From an uncultured archaeon (lineage in GTDB: Archaea > Thermoproteota > Bathyarchaeia > Bathyarchaeales > Bathycorpusculaceae): a stretch of 64,000 nucleotides of DNA. Location: NCBI GenBank assembly GCA_963782915.1, contig CAWALK010000012.1, positions 320,001-384,000 on the forward strand. The letters run 5' to 3'. Position numbers and translations under genes: made by a program. Positions 1-10,680 of this stretch are shown here, one piece after another. Each line of letters begins with the position of its first letter. Position 1 is the stretch's first letter. Under the pieces are notes generated by a model. That model searched no databases and was not told the DNA's origin. It was given only the letters and a program-made list of their open reading frames with translations.

Positions 1-535
1 GGCGGTCTTTAGGTGTTTTTGAGAGTATGAATTCGATGTCTTCGATGAAGCCCATGTCTAGCATGCGGTCTGCTTCGTCTAAAACGACAAAGCGGACTGA
101 GGCTAAGTTTAGTACACGTCTTTCCATGAGGTCGATGAGTCTGCCGGGTGTGCCGACGACTATTTGGACTCCGTTAGCAAGTGCATGCACCTGCTTGTTG
201 ATGGATTCTCCGCCGTAAACAGCGAGAACCTTCACCTTTGCGAATTTGCCAAATTTAGCTATGTTTTCAGCTACTTGGTTGGCTAACTCGCGAGTAGGAG
301 CCAAAACGAGTGCTTGTACTCCGCGGACTTCACGGTTTAGTTTCTGTACCATAGGGACGCCGAAAGCGGCAGTTTTGCCTGTTCCGGTTTGTGCTTGCCC
401 GATGACATCTTTACCTTCTAGTAGGGGCATTATTGCTTGAGCTTGAATAGGAAAAAGTGCATCAAACCCGAGCTCGTTTATACTTTTTAGGACTTCTGGT
501 GATAATGGTAAGTCCTTAAATGATTGAACTTGCAT
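1..535 (-). CDS. DEAD/DEAH-box RNA helicase, N-terminal part, runs off window start
   Basis: Manual translation from ATG at 535 gives MQVQSFKDLPLS...Q motif (PIQAQA), motif I GQAQTGTGKT, PTRELA, TPGRL and DEADRMLDMGF. Confidence 0.95.
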   Translation of the reverse strand, partial: MQVQSFKDLPLSPEVLKSINELGFDALFPIQAQAIMPLLEGKDVIGQAQTGTGKTAAFGVPMVQKLNREVRGVQALVLAPTRELANQVAENIAKFGKFAKVKVLAVYGGESINKQVHALANGVQIVVGTPGRLIDLMERRVLNLASVRFVVLDEADRMLDMGFIEDIEFILSKTPKDR

Positions 536-734
536 TTTATCGATTTATCTTCTGCCACAGATGTTTCTTCATGGATTCCTAAAAGCTAAAGCCTTTTGTG
601 ATACATGAGTTAATGTGACAGCCTCCAATGGTGTCGGGGCGTATAAAAACATTTAGCAAAAATCTAAGCAAAGCAGATGTCATTGAAACCTGAAAATACT
701 AGGAACACCGCAAAGCTGCTTGAAGGGTTATTTT

Positions 735-798
735 GGGTCAGCGAAATTTGACGTGCTCTCACAGCCATAGGCTCGAAGCCGTCGCCTCACATCATCCC
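735..798 (-). ncRNA. Candidate box C/D sRNA
   Basis: Minus strand reads GGG-ATGATGT(C box)...GTGAGA(C'-like)...CTGA(D box)-CCC. It is 64 nt with a terminal GGG/CCC stem and is intergenic. Confidence 0.5.
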
Positions 799-867
799 AC
801 GCTATGAAGCAGGGCAGGGAAATTTATCTATTTTGATGACAAAAGAAGAGAAAGAAAAAAGCTATTT

Positions 868-1434
868 TTAGCCGTAAACTTGATTGACAAAGTCAGATGC
901 TCGAGCGTTAAGGTTTTCGCTTTCCCCGATTTTAACCACAACAGCGTTTGACAATGCACCGCCGCTTTGCAAGGCTGGAACAGCATCTTTAATTTGGGCA
1001 ACATCTGAGTCTGTGGTTGAACCCTGACCGCTGCCAAAGACGCCTACTTTGGTGTCAGCGTCATGTTTGAGGTTGCTTAGGGCATCTTTAACTGAGCTGG
1101 TGGGTGCGCCTGCATAGATGGGTCCGCCGATGATTATAATGTCGTAGCCTGTGGTGTTAGCGGCTGACGTGCTTTTTATGCCTGCCACTGTAACTGTCAT
1201 GTTCTTTGCCAAAAGGTCATTTGCGACTTGGTTGGCGACACGTGTTGATGCGCCGGATAATCCCGGGTCATAGAGCACCAATGCTGTTCCCATGGGTGCC
1301 ACAGTCGGTTCCATGGTCTGTGAGCCCGTTGCGGTGTAAGCAACCAAATCCAAGAAGAATACTGCGCCGACAACGGCGACTATTATGATTAATACGGCAA
1401 ATATTGCCAAGATTATTTTGAGTATTTTCCTCAT
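868..1434 (-). CDS. Membrane-anchored flavodoxin-like protein
   Basis: N-terminal TM helix followed by a flavodoxin pattern: LVLYDPGLSGAS, YDIIIIGGPIYAG, VGVFGSG. Confidence 0.7.
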   Translation of the reverse strand: MRKILKIILAIFAVLIIIVAVVGAVFFLDLVAYTATGSQTMEPTVAPMGTALVLYDPGLSGASTRVANQVANDLLAKNMTVTVAGIKSTSAANTTGYDIIIIGGPIYAGAPTSSVKDALSNLKHDADTKVGVFGSGQGSTTDSDVAQIKDAVPALQSGGALSNAVVVKIGESENLNARASDFVNQVYG

Positions 1435-1646
1435 AATTCTGCCTCTTTTTCGTTAGTTGTTATTCGGGGTTTTTTCCATAAAAAACTTGTGTATCAGCCA
1501 AAAATCGTACAAAAAACCAATGCACAAAACATGGTTTATCCCTCAAAGTCCAATCGTGCTTTAACGACAAATGACGAATCTAAATCCTTAAACCGCTCCG
1601 AGAGAAGGATAGCATAATGCGTGTTATGGTGGAGGTGAAAAAGAGA

Positions 1647-1718
1647 ATGATATTCCGCGAAGAAGAGGATGAATGGGAAGAAGGCGAAGATGAGGAATGG
1701 GAAGAAGAGGAATGGTAA
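1647..1718 (+). CDS. Putative 23-aa acidic Glu/Trp micropeptide MIFREEEDEWEEGEDEEWEEEEW
   Basis: Perfect SD GGAGGTGA at 1631-1638, then ATG 1647 and TAA 1716-1718, with T-rich tracts downstream. An in-frame upstream ATG lies at 1617. Confidence 0.6.
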   Translation: MIFREEEDEWEEGEDEEWEEEEW

Positions 1719-1920
1719 GCTTGCCGGCTGAAGTATCTTTTATTATCTTTCTTTTAGGTTTCGGTTAGGGTTTTGAGGTTGTTTTTTTGGGTAACCGATG
1801 AGAACACCAGTGCTGTTTTGCCCAAGTATGCGGGGTTGTGTTGTATCTACGTTTAATCAGCTTTTTTGCGGTCTTAAATTTATAACTGGGTAGTTGAATT
1901 CAAGTAGTGGACGTTTACTA

Positions 1921-3741
1921 ATGACGCGACTTGCCGTATTAAACACCGACAAATGCAAAACCAAAAAATGCAACCAACTCTGTGTACACTTCTGCCCAAT
2001 GGTACGCAGCCGGACAGAAGCCATCAGAGTCGAAGGCGACAAAGCCATAATCTCCGAAACACTTTGCAGCGGATGCGGCATCTGCGTCAAAAAATGCCCC
2101 TTCCAAGCCATATCCATAGTCAACTTACCCGACGAACTCGAAAAGGATTGCAGCCACCGCTTCGGCGAAAACAGTTTCAAACTCTTCCGCCTACCAATGC
2201 CTGCACCCGGCACAGTCTTGGGCTTGTTGGGGCAAAACGGCATAGGCAAAAGCACTACCCTAAAAGTTTTCTCAGGCGAAATCAAACCCAACCTAGGCAA
2301 ATACGATGATCCGCCGGAATGGAATGAAATCATCCAGTACTACCGGGGTTCAAGCCTTCAAGATTACTTCACAAGGCTTAGCGAGAAAAAAATCAAAGTC
2401 AGCAACAAACCCCAATACGTCGACAAAATTCCCAAAGCCATAAGCGGCAAAGCAGGCGATTTGCTCGATAAAGTGGATGAACGCAATCAATTGGACGCCA
2501 TCGCTGACGAGTTGGAGTTACGCAAAATTTGGGACCGCCCACTGGACGTGTTGAGCGGCGGCGAATTGCAGCGTGTAGCTGTTGCTGCGGCGCTTAGCAG
2601 AGATGCAGATGTGTATCTTTTCGATGAACCCTCCAGTTACTTAGACGTAAAACAGCGCCTCGTCGTAGCACGGGCAATCCGCAGCTTAAAAGAGCAACAG
2701 AAAACCGTAATCGTCGCCGAACATGACTTAGCCATCATCGACTACCTCTCAGATCAAATCTGCGTCTTCTACGGTGAACCAGGCGTCTACGGAGTCGTCA
2801 GCCACGTACACGGCGTAAGAACAGGCATCAACATTTACCTCCAAGGCTACATTCCCGACGAAAACATAATGTTCCGCAAAGAAAGCATCGTTTTCCACGA
2901 GAAACCCCCAAGCACAGGAGAAAACATCGGTGCACCCCTGCTCAAATGGGAGCGGATGGAGAAGACTTTCAAGGGCTTCAAACTCGCAGTTGAACCCGGC
3001 GAAATCAGAAGCGGCGAAATCATCGGCATCTTGGGACCCAACGGCATCGGCAAAACCACCTTCGTGAAAATGCTTGCCGGCATAGATGAAACCGATGATA
3101 AACGGCAAATTAGCAAATTAACCGTGAGTTACAAGCCCCAATACATCGCCCCAGACTTCGAAGGCACAGTACAGGAACTGCTGATGAGTGTGGCTAAAGA
3201 GAACTTTATTTCCAGCTGGTACAAAACCGAAATCGCCACACCCCTGCGCCTGCAAGTTCTCATGGACCGCAATGTTATGGAACTCAGCGGAGGAGAACTC
3301 CAAAAAGTCGCCATCGCCGCATGCTTAAGCCGCAAAACCGACCTATTCCTGCTCGACGAACCCAGCGCATACCTCGACGTTGAAGAACGCCTAAACGTAG
3401 CCAAAACCCTACGCAGAGTCGTAGAAGCCCACGGCATCCCCGCCTTCGTCGTCGAACACGACGTAGTCACACAGGACTTCATCGCAGACCGCCTCATGGT
3501 CTTCAACGGCGAACCCGGCGTCAGCGGCCTCGCCCATCCACCGACCACACTGAGAGGCGGCATGAACACCTTCCTCAAAGAAATGGACATAACCTTCCGC
3601 AGAGACTCCACCACCTACCGCCCACGCGTCAACAAAGAAGACTCACAGATGGACAAATTCCAGAAGAGCATCGGCGAATACTACTACACCAAAATCAACA
3701 AAGAAGCAGACAAAGAGGAAGAAGCCAAGAAAAAGAAGTAA
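1921..3741 (+). CDS. rli1: Ribosome recycling ATPase ABCE1/Rli1
   Basis: N-terminal 2x[4Fe-4S] domain (CSGCGICVKKCP) and two ABC domains (GQNGIGKST, GPNGIGKTT, LSGGELQ x2, DEPS). Confidence 0.97.
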   Translation: MTRLAVLNTDKCKTKKCNQLCVHFCPMVRSRTEAIRVEGDKAIISETLCSGCGICVKKCPFQAISIVNLPDELEKDCSHRFGENSFKLFRLPMPAPGTVLGLLGQNGIGKSTTLKVFSGEIKPNLGKYDDPPEWNEIIQYYRGSSLQDYFTRLSEKKIKVSNKPQYVDKIPKAISGKAGDLLDKVDERNQLDAIADELELRKIWDRPLDVLSGGELQRVAVAAALSRDADVYLFDEPSSYLDVKQRLVVARAIRSLKEQQKTVIVAEHDLAIIDYLSDQICVFYGEPGVYGVVSHVHGVRTGINIYLQGYIPDENIMFRKESIVFHEKPPSTGENIGAPLLKWERMEKTFKGFKLAVEPGEIRSGEIIGILGPNGIGKTTFVKMLAGIDETDDKRQISKLTVSYKPQYIAPDFEGTVQELLMSVAKENFISSWYKTEIATPLRLQVLMDRNVMELSGGELQKVAIAACLSRKTDLFLLDEPSAYLDVEERLNVAKTLRRVVEAHGIPAFVVEHDVVTQDFIADRLMVFNGEPGVSGLAHPPTTLRGGMNTFLKEMDITFRRDSTTYRPRVNKEDSQMDKFQKSIGEYYYTKINKEADKEEEAKKKK

Positions 3742-4017
3742 CCGCTTTAGGTTTCTCTGTTTTCTTTCATTTTTTACTTTATGCAAGGGAGTAGCTTTGG
3801 ACCAGTTTGCTCCACAACACCAGTAACCCACAAACCCAGACGCCACAACACACGCCCGCCTCTGCTTCGAAATAAATGATCCACACCAACAATAAACAAA
3901 CAAAGCCAAACCGCACCCCAACCACAAACAAACACCCCTAAAAACACCAAAAACCGCTTTACCCATAAACACCAAACCCAACAAGCACCGCAAGAAGCCT
4001 TAAAGTTTATATTTGCG

Positions 4018-4040
4018 TTCGGATTTTGCAATAATCCGAA
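4018..4040. promoter_or_regulatory. Palindromic operator TTCGGATT-N7-AATCCGAA just downstream of the thermosome TATA box
   Basis: Perfect 8-bp inverted repeat following TTTATA at ~4006-4011. Confidence 0.65.
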
Positions 4041-4074
4041 TTAAACAAGATTCTACTAAAGTAGGGATAACGAT

Positions 4075-5722
4075 ATGGCGTATTTAACAACAACAGGTTC
4101 AGGACAGCCAGTCCTCATCCTCAAAGAAGGAACAACCCGCAGCAGAGGCAAAGAAGCCCAGCGAAACAACATTATGGCAGCCCGAGTAATCGGTGAAGTA
4201 CTAAAAACAACCTTAGGCCCAAGAGGCATGGATAAAATGCTCATCGACAGCCTAGGTGACATCACCATCACCAACGACGGCGCAGCCATCCTAAAAGAAA
4301 TCGACGTAGAACACCCCGCTGCAAAAATGATGGTTGAAATCGCCAGAACACAAGACGACATGGTCGGCGACGGAACCACCAGCGCAGTAGTCCTAGCAAG
4401 CGAATTACTCCGCAAAGCCGAAGAACTCCTCGACCAAAACATACACCCAACCATCCTCGTCAGCGGCTACCGCAAAGCAAGCCAAAAAGCCATCGAAGTC
4501 ATCAACAACACCGCAGTACCACTCGACATCAACGACCGCAAAAAACTCCTCACAGTCGCATTAACCTCAATGAGCAGCAAAGCAGTCGGCTCAGCAAAAG
4601 ACCACCTCGCAGAAATCAGCATCGACGCAGTCAAACAAATCGCTGAAGTCCGCGGAGGCAAAACAATCGCTGACATAGACAACATCCAATTAATCAAGAA
4701 AACAGGCAAAAGCCTCCTTGAAACACAACTAATCCAAGGCATCGTCATCGACAAAGAAGTCGTCAACCCAGGCATGCCCAAAAAGAAAGAAAACGCAAAA
4801 ATCGCACTACTCGACTCAGCCCTCGAAATCGAAAAAACCGAAATCACCGCTGAAATCAGAATAAAAGACCCCTCACAAATGAAAGCCTTCCTAGACCAAG
4901 AAACCACCATGATCCAAGACATGGTCACAAAAGTCAAAGCCTCAGGCGCAGACATCATCTTCTGCCAAAAAGGCGTAGACGACATGGTCCAGCACTTCCT
5001 CGCAAAAGAAGGCATCATGGCAGCACGCAGAGTAAAAGAATCCGACATGGAAAAACTCGCACGCGCCACAGGCGGCAGAATCGTTAGCGACCTCGACGAC
5101 CTAAAGAAAGACGACCTAGGATTTGCAGGCCACGTTGAAGAACGCAAAATCGGCGACGACAAAATGATCTTCGTCGAAAAATGCAAAGACCCACACAGCG
5201 TAGCCATCCTTATCCGCGCAGGCTTAGAACGCATGGTTGACGAAGCCGAACGCGCAATGGTTGATTCACTCTCAGTCGTATCCGACGTCATCGAGAACAA
5301 CAAAATCGTTCCAGGCGGCGGCGCAATCGAAATCGAAATGGCAAAAGAACTCCGCAAATACGCAACCAAAGTCGGCGGACGCGAACAACTCGCAGTTGAA
5401 GCATTCGCAGACGCAGTCGAAGTCATCCCAAGAACACTCGCAGAAAACGCAGGCCTCGAACCAATCGACATCCTCGTTGAACTCCGCCAAGTACACGACA
5501 AAGCAGACGGCAAATACATGGGCATCAACGTATTCACAGGCAAACTCCAAGACAGCATCGCAAACGGCGTCATCGAACCAATCATGGTCAAAGAACAAGC
5601 AATCAAATCAGCATCCGAATCCGCAGCTACTGATCCTACGCATCGACGACGTAATCACCGCCAAAGCACCAAAAGGCGGTCCGGGCGGCCCAGGTGGAAT
5701 GGGCGGCATGGGCGAAGAATAA
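4075..5722 (+). CDS. ths: Thermosome (group II chaperonin) subunit, 1-nt frameshift near 5630
   Basis: TLGPRGMDKM, TNDGA, GDGTTS, GGGA motifs. The true C-terminus ILRIDDVI...GGMGGMGEE is in the alternative frame ending at 5722. Confidence 0.97.
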
Positions 5723-5870
5723 ACTTCCCCACTTAACTTTTATTTTTGTTTTAATCCTTTTACAACTTAGCAAATAATCATCGATTCTGCGTTATTTTTT
5801 GTTTTTTGAGAGGTTGGTTTATTAAAACGGACTCAATACGTGAGTGTTAACAAGTTGGCGAGCGTAAGCA

Positions 5871-6808
5871 TTGTCACTGGTTGAGTCAATACTCATAGTC
5901 GCTGGGTTAATCGTCTTTGAGGTAGTTAACAGTGTTGACAACGCCATCGTGAACGCCAGCGTTCTAAAAACTATGAATGCTCTTTGGCGCAAACGTTTCC
6001 TGCTCATCGGCATCTTCACATCAGTCTTCTTAGTCAGGTTCATTCTTCCACTGATTATTGTTTGGATTTCTGTGCCCACCATAAGCGGCCAAGACCTCTT
6101 CCTAGCCTTTACAGGGCAAAGTCAAGTTGCAGCAGACGCTATAGAAGCCCAAAAACCCCTAATTCTAATGTTCGGAGGCGTCTTCCTGCTATATCTCTAC
6201 GTACACTGGCTATTCCTCGAAAAGAAAGAACCCCTCTTCATTGAGCGCTTCCTAAAAGAGAAGCATGGCGTATGGTTCTTTGCTTTGCAGCTATACATCT
6301 TGGTCATTGTAATGTATCTTGCACGGGCAGACTCGATGGTTATGCTTGCAGCCGCCATCGGCAGCGCCACCTTCTTTATACTGTACGGTTTAAAGCAGAC
6401 TGCTGAGGAAGGCGAACGCAACCTAGTTCAGGGTGCTGGCAGCATGAGTAACGCCTCAAAATTCCTATACCTAGAAGTCTTGACATGACTTTTAGCTTCG
6501 ACGGCGTCATCGGAGCCTTCGCATTTACCATAAACCTAATCTTGATTTTAATCGGTATCGGAATCGGCGCTATTGTGGTCAGGGAATTAACCATCAGAGG
6601 TATCGATACCATCGCCAAATACAAATACCTCAAAAACGGTGCCTTAACCTCAATTGGTTTCCTCGGTTTGTTTATGATACTTGAAGCCTTCCACGTCGAG
6701 TTGCCAACAGTTTTACCAATAATCATCACTTTCGCGCTCGTCGGCGTAGCATTCTGGCTGTCAAAGCGGGCATTACCCAAAACCGCCCCTGCACAATCAA
6801 ACGCATAG
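5871..6808 (+). CDS. DUF475/TerC-like integral membrane protein, frameshift near 6485
   Basis: FEVVNSVDNAIVNA...FLYLEV|TFSFDGVIGAFA motifs typical of DUF475 (YkoY/TerC clan). Confidence 0.85.
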
Positions 6809-6896
6809 AACCAAGCAAGCCTTACAGACAGGTTTTGTTGTAAACTTACGAAAACCTATTTATTTCTAAGAGAGCAACAACTGTTGGCTCAAACGT

Positions 6897-6971
6897 GCTC
6901 CGGTAGTATAGTCCGGTCAAGTATGCCGGCCTCTCGAGTCGGCGACCCGGGTCCAAATCCCGGCCGGAGCA
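6897..6971 (+). tRNA. tRNA-Glu(CTC)
   Basis: Cloverleaf with GCTCCGG/CCGGAGC acceptor, CCGGC-CTCTCGA-GTCGG anticodon arm and T arm CCGGG-TCCAAAT-CCCGG. Confidence 0.93.
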
Positions 6972-7021
6972 CTTCAACTTCTCTCAAATTTCGGCTTGCT
7001 AATTGAGACCGAATGTTCTTT

Positions 7022-7950
7022 TTAAAATTGGATCAAGGATATACGGGCTTGCAGATTCATAGCTTCATTAGTTAAAATGTCGTGGTCGCCTTCGATTCTA
7101 ATGAAATGTGTTTCAACGCCTGCTGCTTCGAGTTTAGCATTGAATGCTTCGGCGACTTGTATGGGCACAATTCGGTCGTTAACGCCATGCACAAAGACAA
7201 AGGCTGGGTCGCCTGAGGAAAGTAGGTTACTGGTGAAGCTTCATTCCATAACTCGGGGTTTTGGCTGTAGGTAACGCCGCCAAATTGGCTGCTCACAATT
7301 GTAATTAAGCAAGTTGAGGTTCTCGGTTTTATTTTGCCCCACGAACTCTAAATCTTCCACTCCATCATAGTTGACTACTAAGCAGACTTGGCTATGGATT
7401 GTTCCGTTAAAGTTGTGGTTATTCAAGAAAGACTCATTTCCGAAAGCGTTCCAATTAGCGAGGCTAAGTGTGCTCCAGCGCTGCTTCCCATTACAGCGAT
7501 TTTTTGTGTATCCACATGATAGTTAGCCGCGTTTGCTTGGATGAAGGTGAGTGCTGAAATTACGTCTTCGATGTTTTGTGGCCAAGCTGTTCGGTTTGGA
7601 GCCGCGAGGGTGTAGTCGATTGAGAAACCCGCGATTCCCCGTTTAGCATACAGTTGGGCTATTTCGCTGAAGTCGCTGCGGTTGCCTTCTGCCCATCCGC
7701 CGCCATGGATGTATATTATTGCTGGGAATGGTCCGTTGCCTTCTGGCAGATAAACATCCATAAGGTGGTATGGGTTAGAATCATCCACGTATCGGATGCC
7801 TGATTGCGTGGTAAAAGTTGTTGTTTCTGGCAGCAGCGTCGATTCACCCAGTTGTTGGTTGCCTAAAAATGCAAAGAGGGATACAGTGACTACTACAACT
7901 ATTATGATGGCAATTGCTGGGTAGCGTTTTCTCAAAGCTCTGGTCCTCAA
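7022..7950 (-). CDS. Membrane-anchored alpha/beta hydrolase (HSL-like esterase), frameshifted, end approximate
   Basis: HGGGW oxyanion motif and GSSAGAHLA nucleophile elbow. C-terminal fragments in other frames include NEASPVTY and FVHGVNDRIVP. Confidence 0.85.
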
Positions 7951-7976
7951 CTAGGCCTTAGCTTTAAGTTAACACT

Positions 7977-9089
7977 TCAGCGTCGAACTAAAGTATTCTT
8001 ATAAAAAACCACCATTTGACCAATAAAGTGGTAGAAAAGAATCTTTGGTCGATACTTCAAAGCCATCAATACAAGCGGAATGCCACCGAGCAAAACCCCA
8101 ATTCTTACCGCTTGATAGAGATAAAACATTGGTCCGCTGGCAAACAAAGCTTCGCCCTGCCCAAAAATGTAGGTTAAGATTACGAAGCTGATGAAGGGTT
8201 CTGAGAGGTAGATGAAGGCGCTGTGGTCGGCTATCTGTTTGGCGAAGCCGTTAACTGGGATCTTGATTTTTCTCAATGCGAGCAAAGCTAAGAGGACTAA
8301 TCCCATTGTTAGGGCGATGCTGCGGCAGTTAAAGTAAACGTTTGCTACTAAAGCGTTAAGAACGGTGTTGTAGTTGAATAATCCTGAGAAGTCAATTGCA
8401 AACATTGCTACTATGGGTGTGGCTACTAAAGCCATTTTGTAGTTCATTAATTTCTCGTAGAGCTTGAATTTGCTGATGTAGAAGCCAAAGACGAAAACGA
8501 GCATGTATTGATTGAATAATCCGTCAAGCCGTAATGGTGCTTCATAGGTCCAAAGTATAGTTGTGCCGATGAGCACGCTGGTAATTGTGAGCAATTGGGT
8601 TTTTGTGTTTTTAACGTATCTTTCGAGTACACAGGTTATGACCATGAATAGCAACATAAAGGGTATGAACCAGAGTGTTCCCCAATTGTAGACCGAGTTT
8701 AACCCAGCGAAAACGTTTAGCATAGAAACTTGGGAGAATAGCGCCATCGGTGTAGTTTGTGCTCCCATGGCTGAATCTAGTAACAGATAAAACACTACTG
8801 CTGCTACGAATGGGACGTAGAGTGTTAGGGCTTTTGATTTGAAGAATTGTTTGAGGCTTTTTCCTTTTTTCAAAAACGATGAATATGCTAAGTATCCGCC
8901 GACGAAGAAGAATGTGCTCAGCAAGAACCATTCGGCTGGTTTCATGATGTTGGGGTATGCAAAGAGGAGGTCGCTGTGGACGAAGATGAGTAGCACTAGG
9001 GCGGTGATTTTTAGGATGGTCAATTCGGAGATTGGCTTAGAATGTGGCTGAACCTTGACCTGTATTTCATCGTAAGTCATCATATACAC
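7977..9089 (-). CDS. Acyltransferase-3-like multipass membrane protein
   Basis: About 10 TM helices with motifs LIFVHS, FFFVGGY, GTLWFIP, VFVFGFY, SAFIYLSE. Confidence 0.7.
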   Translation of the reverse strand: MYMMTYDEIQVKVQPHSKPISELTILKITALVLLIFVHSDLLFAYPNIMKPAEWFLLSTFFFVGGYLAYSSFLKKGKSLKQFFKSKALTLYVPFVAAVVFYLLLDSAMGAQTTPMALFSQVSMLNVFAGLNSVYNWGTLWFIPFMLLFMVITCVLERYVKNTKTQLLTITSVLIGTTILWTYEAPLRLDGLFNQYMLVFVFGFYISKFKLYEKLMNYKMALVATPIVAMFAIDFSGLFNYNTVLNALVANVYFNCRSIALTMGLVLLALLALRKIKIPVNGFAKQIADHSAFIYLSEPFISFVILTYIFGQGEALFASGPMFYLYQAVRIGVLLGGIPLVLMALKYRPKILFYHFIGQMVVFYKNTLVRR

Positions 9090-9299
9090 CAGTATTTTCT
9101 CAGCTACACGCCAAGTTACCTTTTAACTGTTTCGGTTGAAAAACAAGCGCTGCTCCCAAAGCAATACGGCTGAGAAATCTATCGAGAATAAAAAGCCCCA
9201 AATTCAAGAATGTCTAGTGGTACAACACATATTCACAAAAGCCCCAAAATCCACTAAAGTCCAATCTTGGGAAAAAGTGGTAATTAAAAAGGAGTTTTT

Positions 9300-10409
9300 T
9301 TATTTGTAGGTTAAGGTTGAGCAGAGGTCTTCTACAGTGCGGTTAAGCGTTAATTCTGCCATGTTGCGGCTGTAATCCATGATGCGTCTTGTGCTGTCGA
9401 AGATGAGGCGTAGAATGGATACGACGTTGGGGTCGAATTTTTTGCTTGAAATCAGCATCATCAACTCGTTTTCTGTGGCGACGATTGATTCGCGTTTTGA
9501 GATGAGTTTTTCTGCGTCTTTGTAGTCGCGTTTGAAGACTGCTTTGACTGCGTCTTCATATTGCTGCTGGGCTAAGGTGAAGTAGCTGACGAGTTGCGAG
9601 TAGACTTCTTCGTCTAAACGGTTTTTTATGAAGAGTGTTTCGTTGTCGATTAGTTTTTGGAAGGTGCCGATGTGGTTGACGATGTTTATGGCGTTTTCGC
9701 CGATGTTTTCTATGTCGTTGACGGCGATGCGGTAGAGTAGGAATTCTTTGGGTGTGCTGAAGCCGAGTTCGCGGTATAGGTTGCGTTCGATGCCGTATTT
9801 GAGTTGGCGCACTATGTAGAGGCCGAGGCGGTTTACGTCGTTTCGGCAGTGGATGACGTTTTCGAAGAGTTCTGTGGTTGGGTCTTTGAGTGATCCGATG
9901 GCGTCTCGGTTTGCTGCTAAAGCTACGATGGCCATGCGGCGGATGGCTTTTTCGATGCCGAATTCGGAGTGTTTGATTAGGATTTGGAGTGTTATTTCGT
10001 CTGGTGTTTCGTCGATGATTTCTGCTCCGAGGAATTTGTCGCGGACGAAGTTTTTGGTTTCTGTTTTATATTTTTGGATGTCTTGGCCTTTGAAGTGAAT
10101 CCGTATGATGTCGGCGCCGATTGCGTAGAGTGCTCTTATCATGCGCAGGGCTGATTCGGGGCCTTCTTTGGGGTCGACGTTTATGCAGTATTCTTTGGGT
10201 TTGGCGGTGTTGTTTTTGCCTTCTTTTTCCATGATTTTTCGTGGGACTAGGGTTATGGTGTTGTCGGGTTGGATGTTGAACGCGATTTCGCTGCCTCGTT
10301 TTAAGCCGATGTCTTCTACCCATTCTTTGGGGAGTGAGATGATGTATGAGCCTCTGCCTGTGCATTGGACTCTTCGGTATCCAAGGTCTTTTTCTGCCAC
10401 ATTCTTCAC
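9300..10409 (-). CDS. AbrB-PhoU-family transcriptional regulator
   Basis: RRVQCTGRGSYIISLPKEWV AbrB domain followed by PhoU-like helical repeats (DIENIGENA). Confidence 0.9.
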   Translation of the reverse strand: MKNVAEKDLGYRRVQCTGRGSYIISLPKEWVEDIGLKRGSEIAFNIQPDNTITLVPRKIMEKEGKNNTAKPKEYCINVDPKEGPESALRMIRALYAIGADIIRIHFKGQDIQKYKTETKNFVRDKFLGAEIIDETPDEITLQILIKHSEFGIEKAIRRMAIVALAANRDAIGSLKDPTTELFENVIHCRNDVNRLGLYIVRQLKYGIERNLYRELGFSTPKEFLLYRIAVNDIENIGENAINIVNHIGTFQKLIDNETLFIKNRLDEEVYSQLVSYFTLAQQQYEDAVKAVFKRDYKDAEKLISKRESIVATENELMMLISSKKFDPNVVSILRLIFDSTRRIMDYSRNMAELTLNRTVEDLCSTLTYK

Positions 10410-10680
10410 CGTGGTAAATGTTTCGTGTATATAGCATTCTTCGTTAACTAGCATATAAATGATTTTCAACAAAGTTATATAGAATACATGCCATTTGGTG
10501 CCATTATCAACCGAATGAAGGATCGAAGATGCCGCAAAACACCTGCAAAATAGTAATCCAAGACCATAACACAACCACTGTAAGTAAGGGTGTTTTCAGC
10601 ACAAAAGATGTTGAACTACACATTCTCATGCTTACCTACAGACCCTAAAAATCCCAAAAAAAGAGAGGGTTGAATTATAG

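Noticed and set aside
3780-3995. A/C-rich low-complexity tract and its minus-strand ORFs (similar skewed tracts at 37260-37500, 50125-50260, 52450-52560)
   Set aside because: No periodic repeat unit or structure. The ORFs are compositional artefacts rich in Val/Gly/Cys/Trp.
4467-5606. 379-aa antisense ORF over the thermosome, and similar shadow ORFs over ABCE1, the glt operon, the kinase and the MFS gene
   Set aside because: Mirror of the strong C/A-ending codon bias of the sense gene, with no recognisable motifs.
6971-9089. Integrated element at tRNA-Glu or either tRNA-Thr
   Set aside because: No integrase and no duplicated tRNA 3' end (att site) seen in the window. The two Thr tRNAs are full-length with different anticodons.
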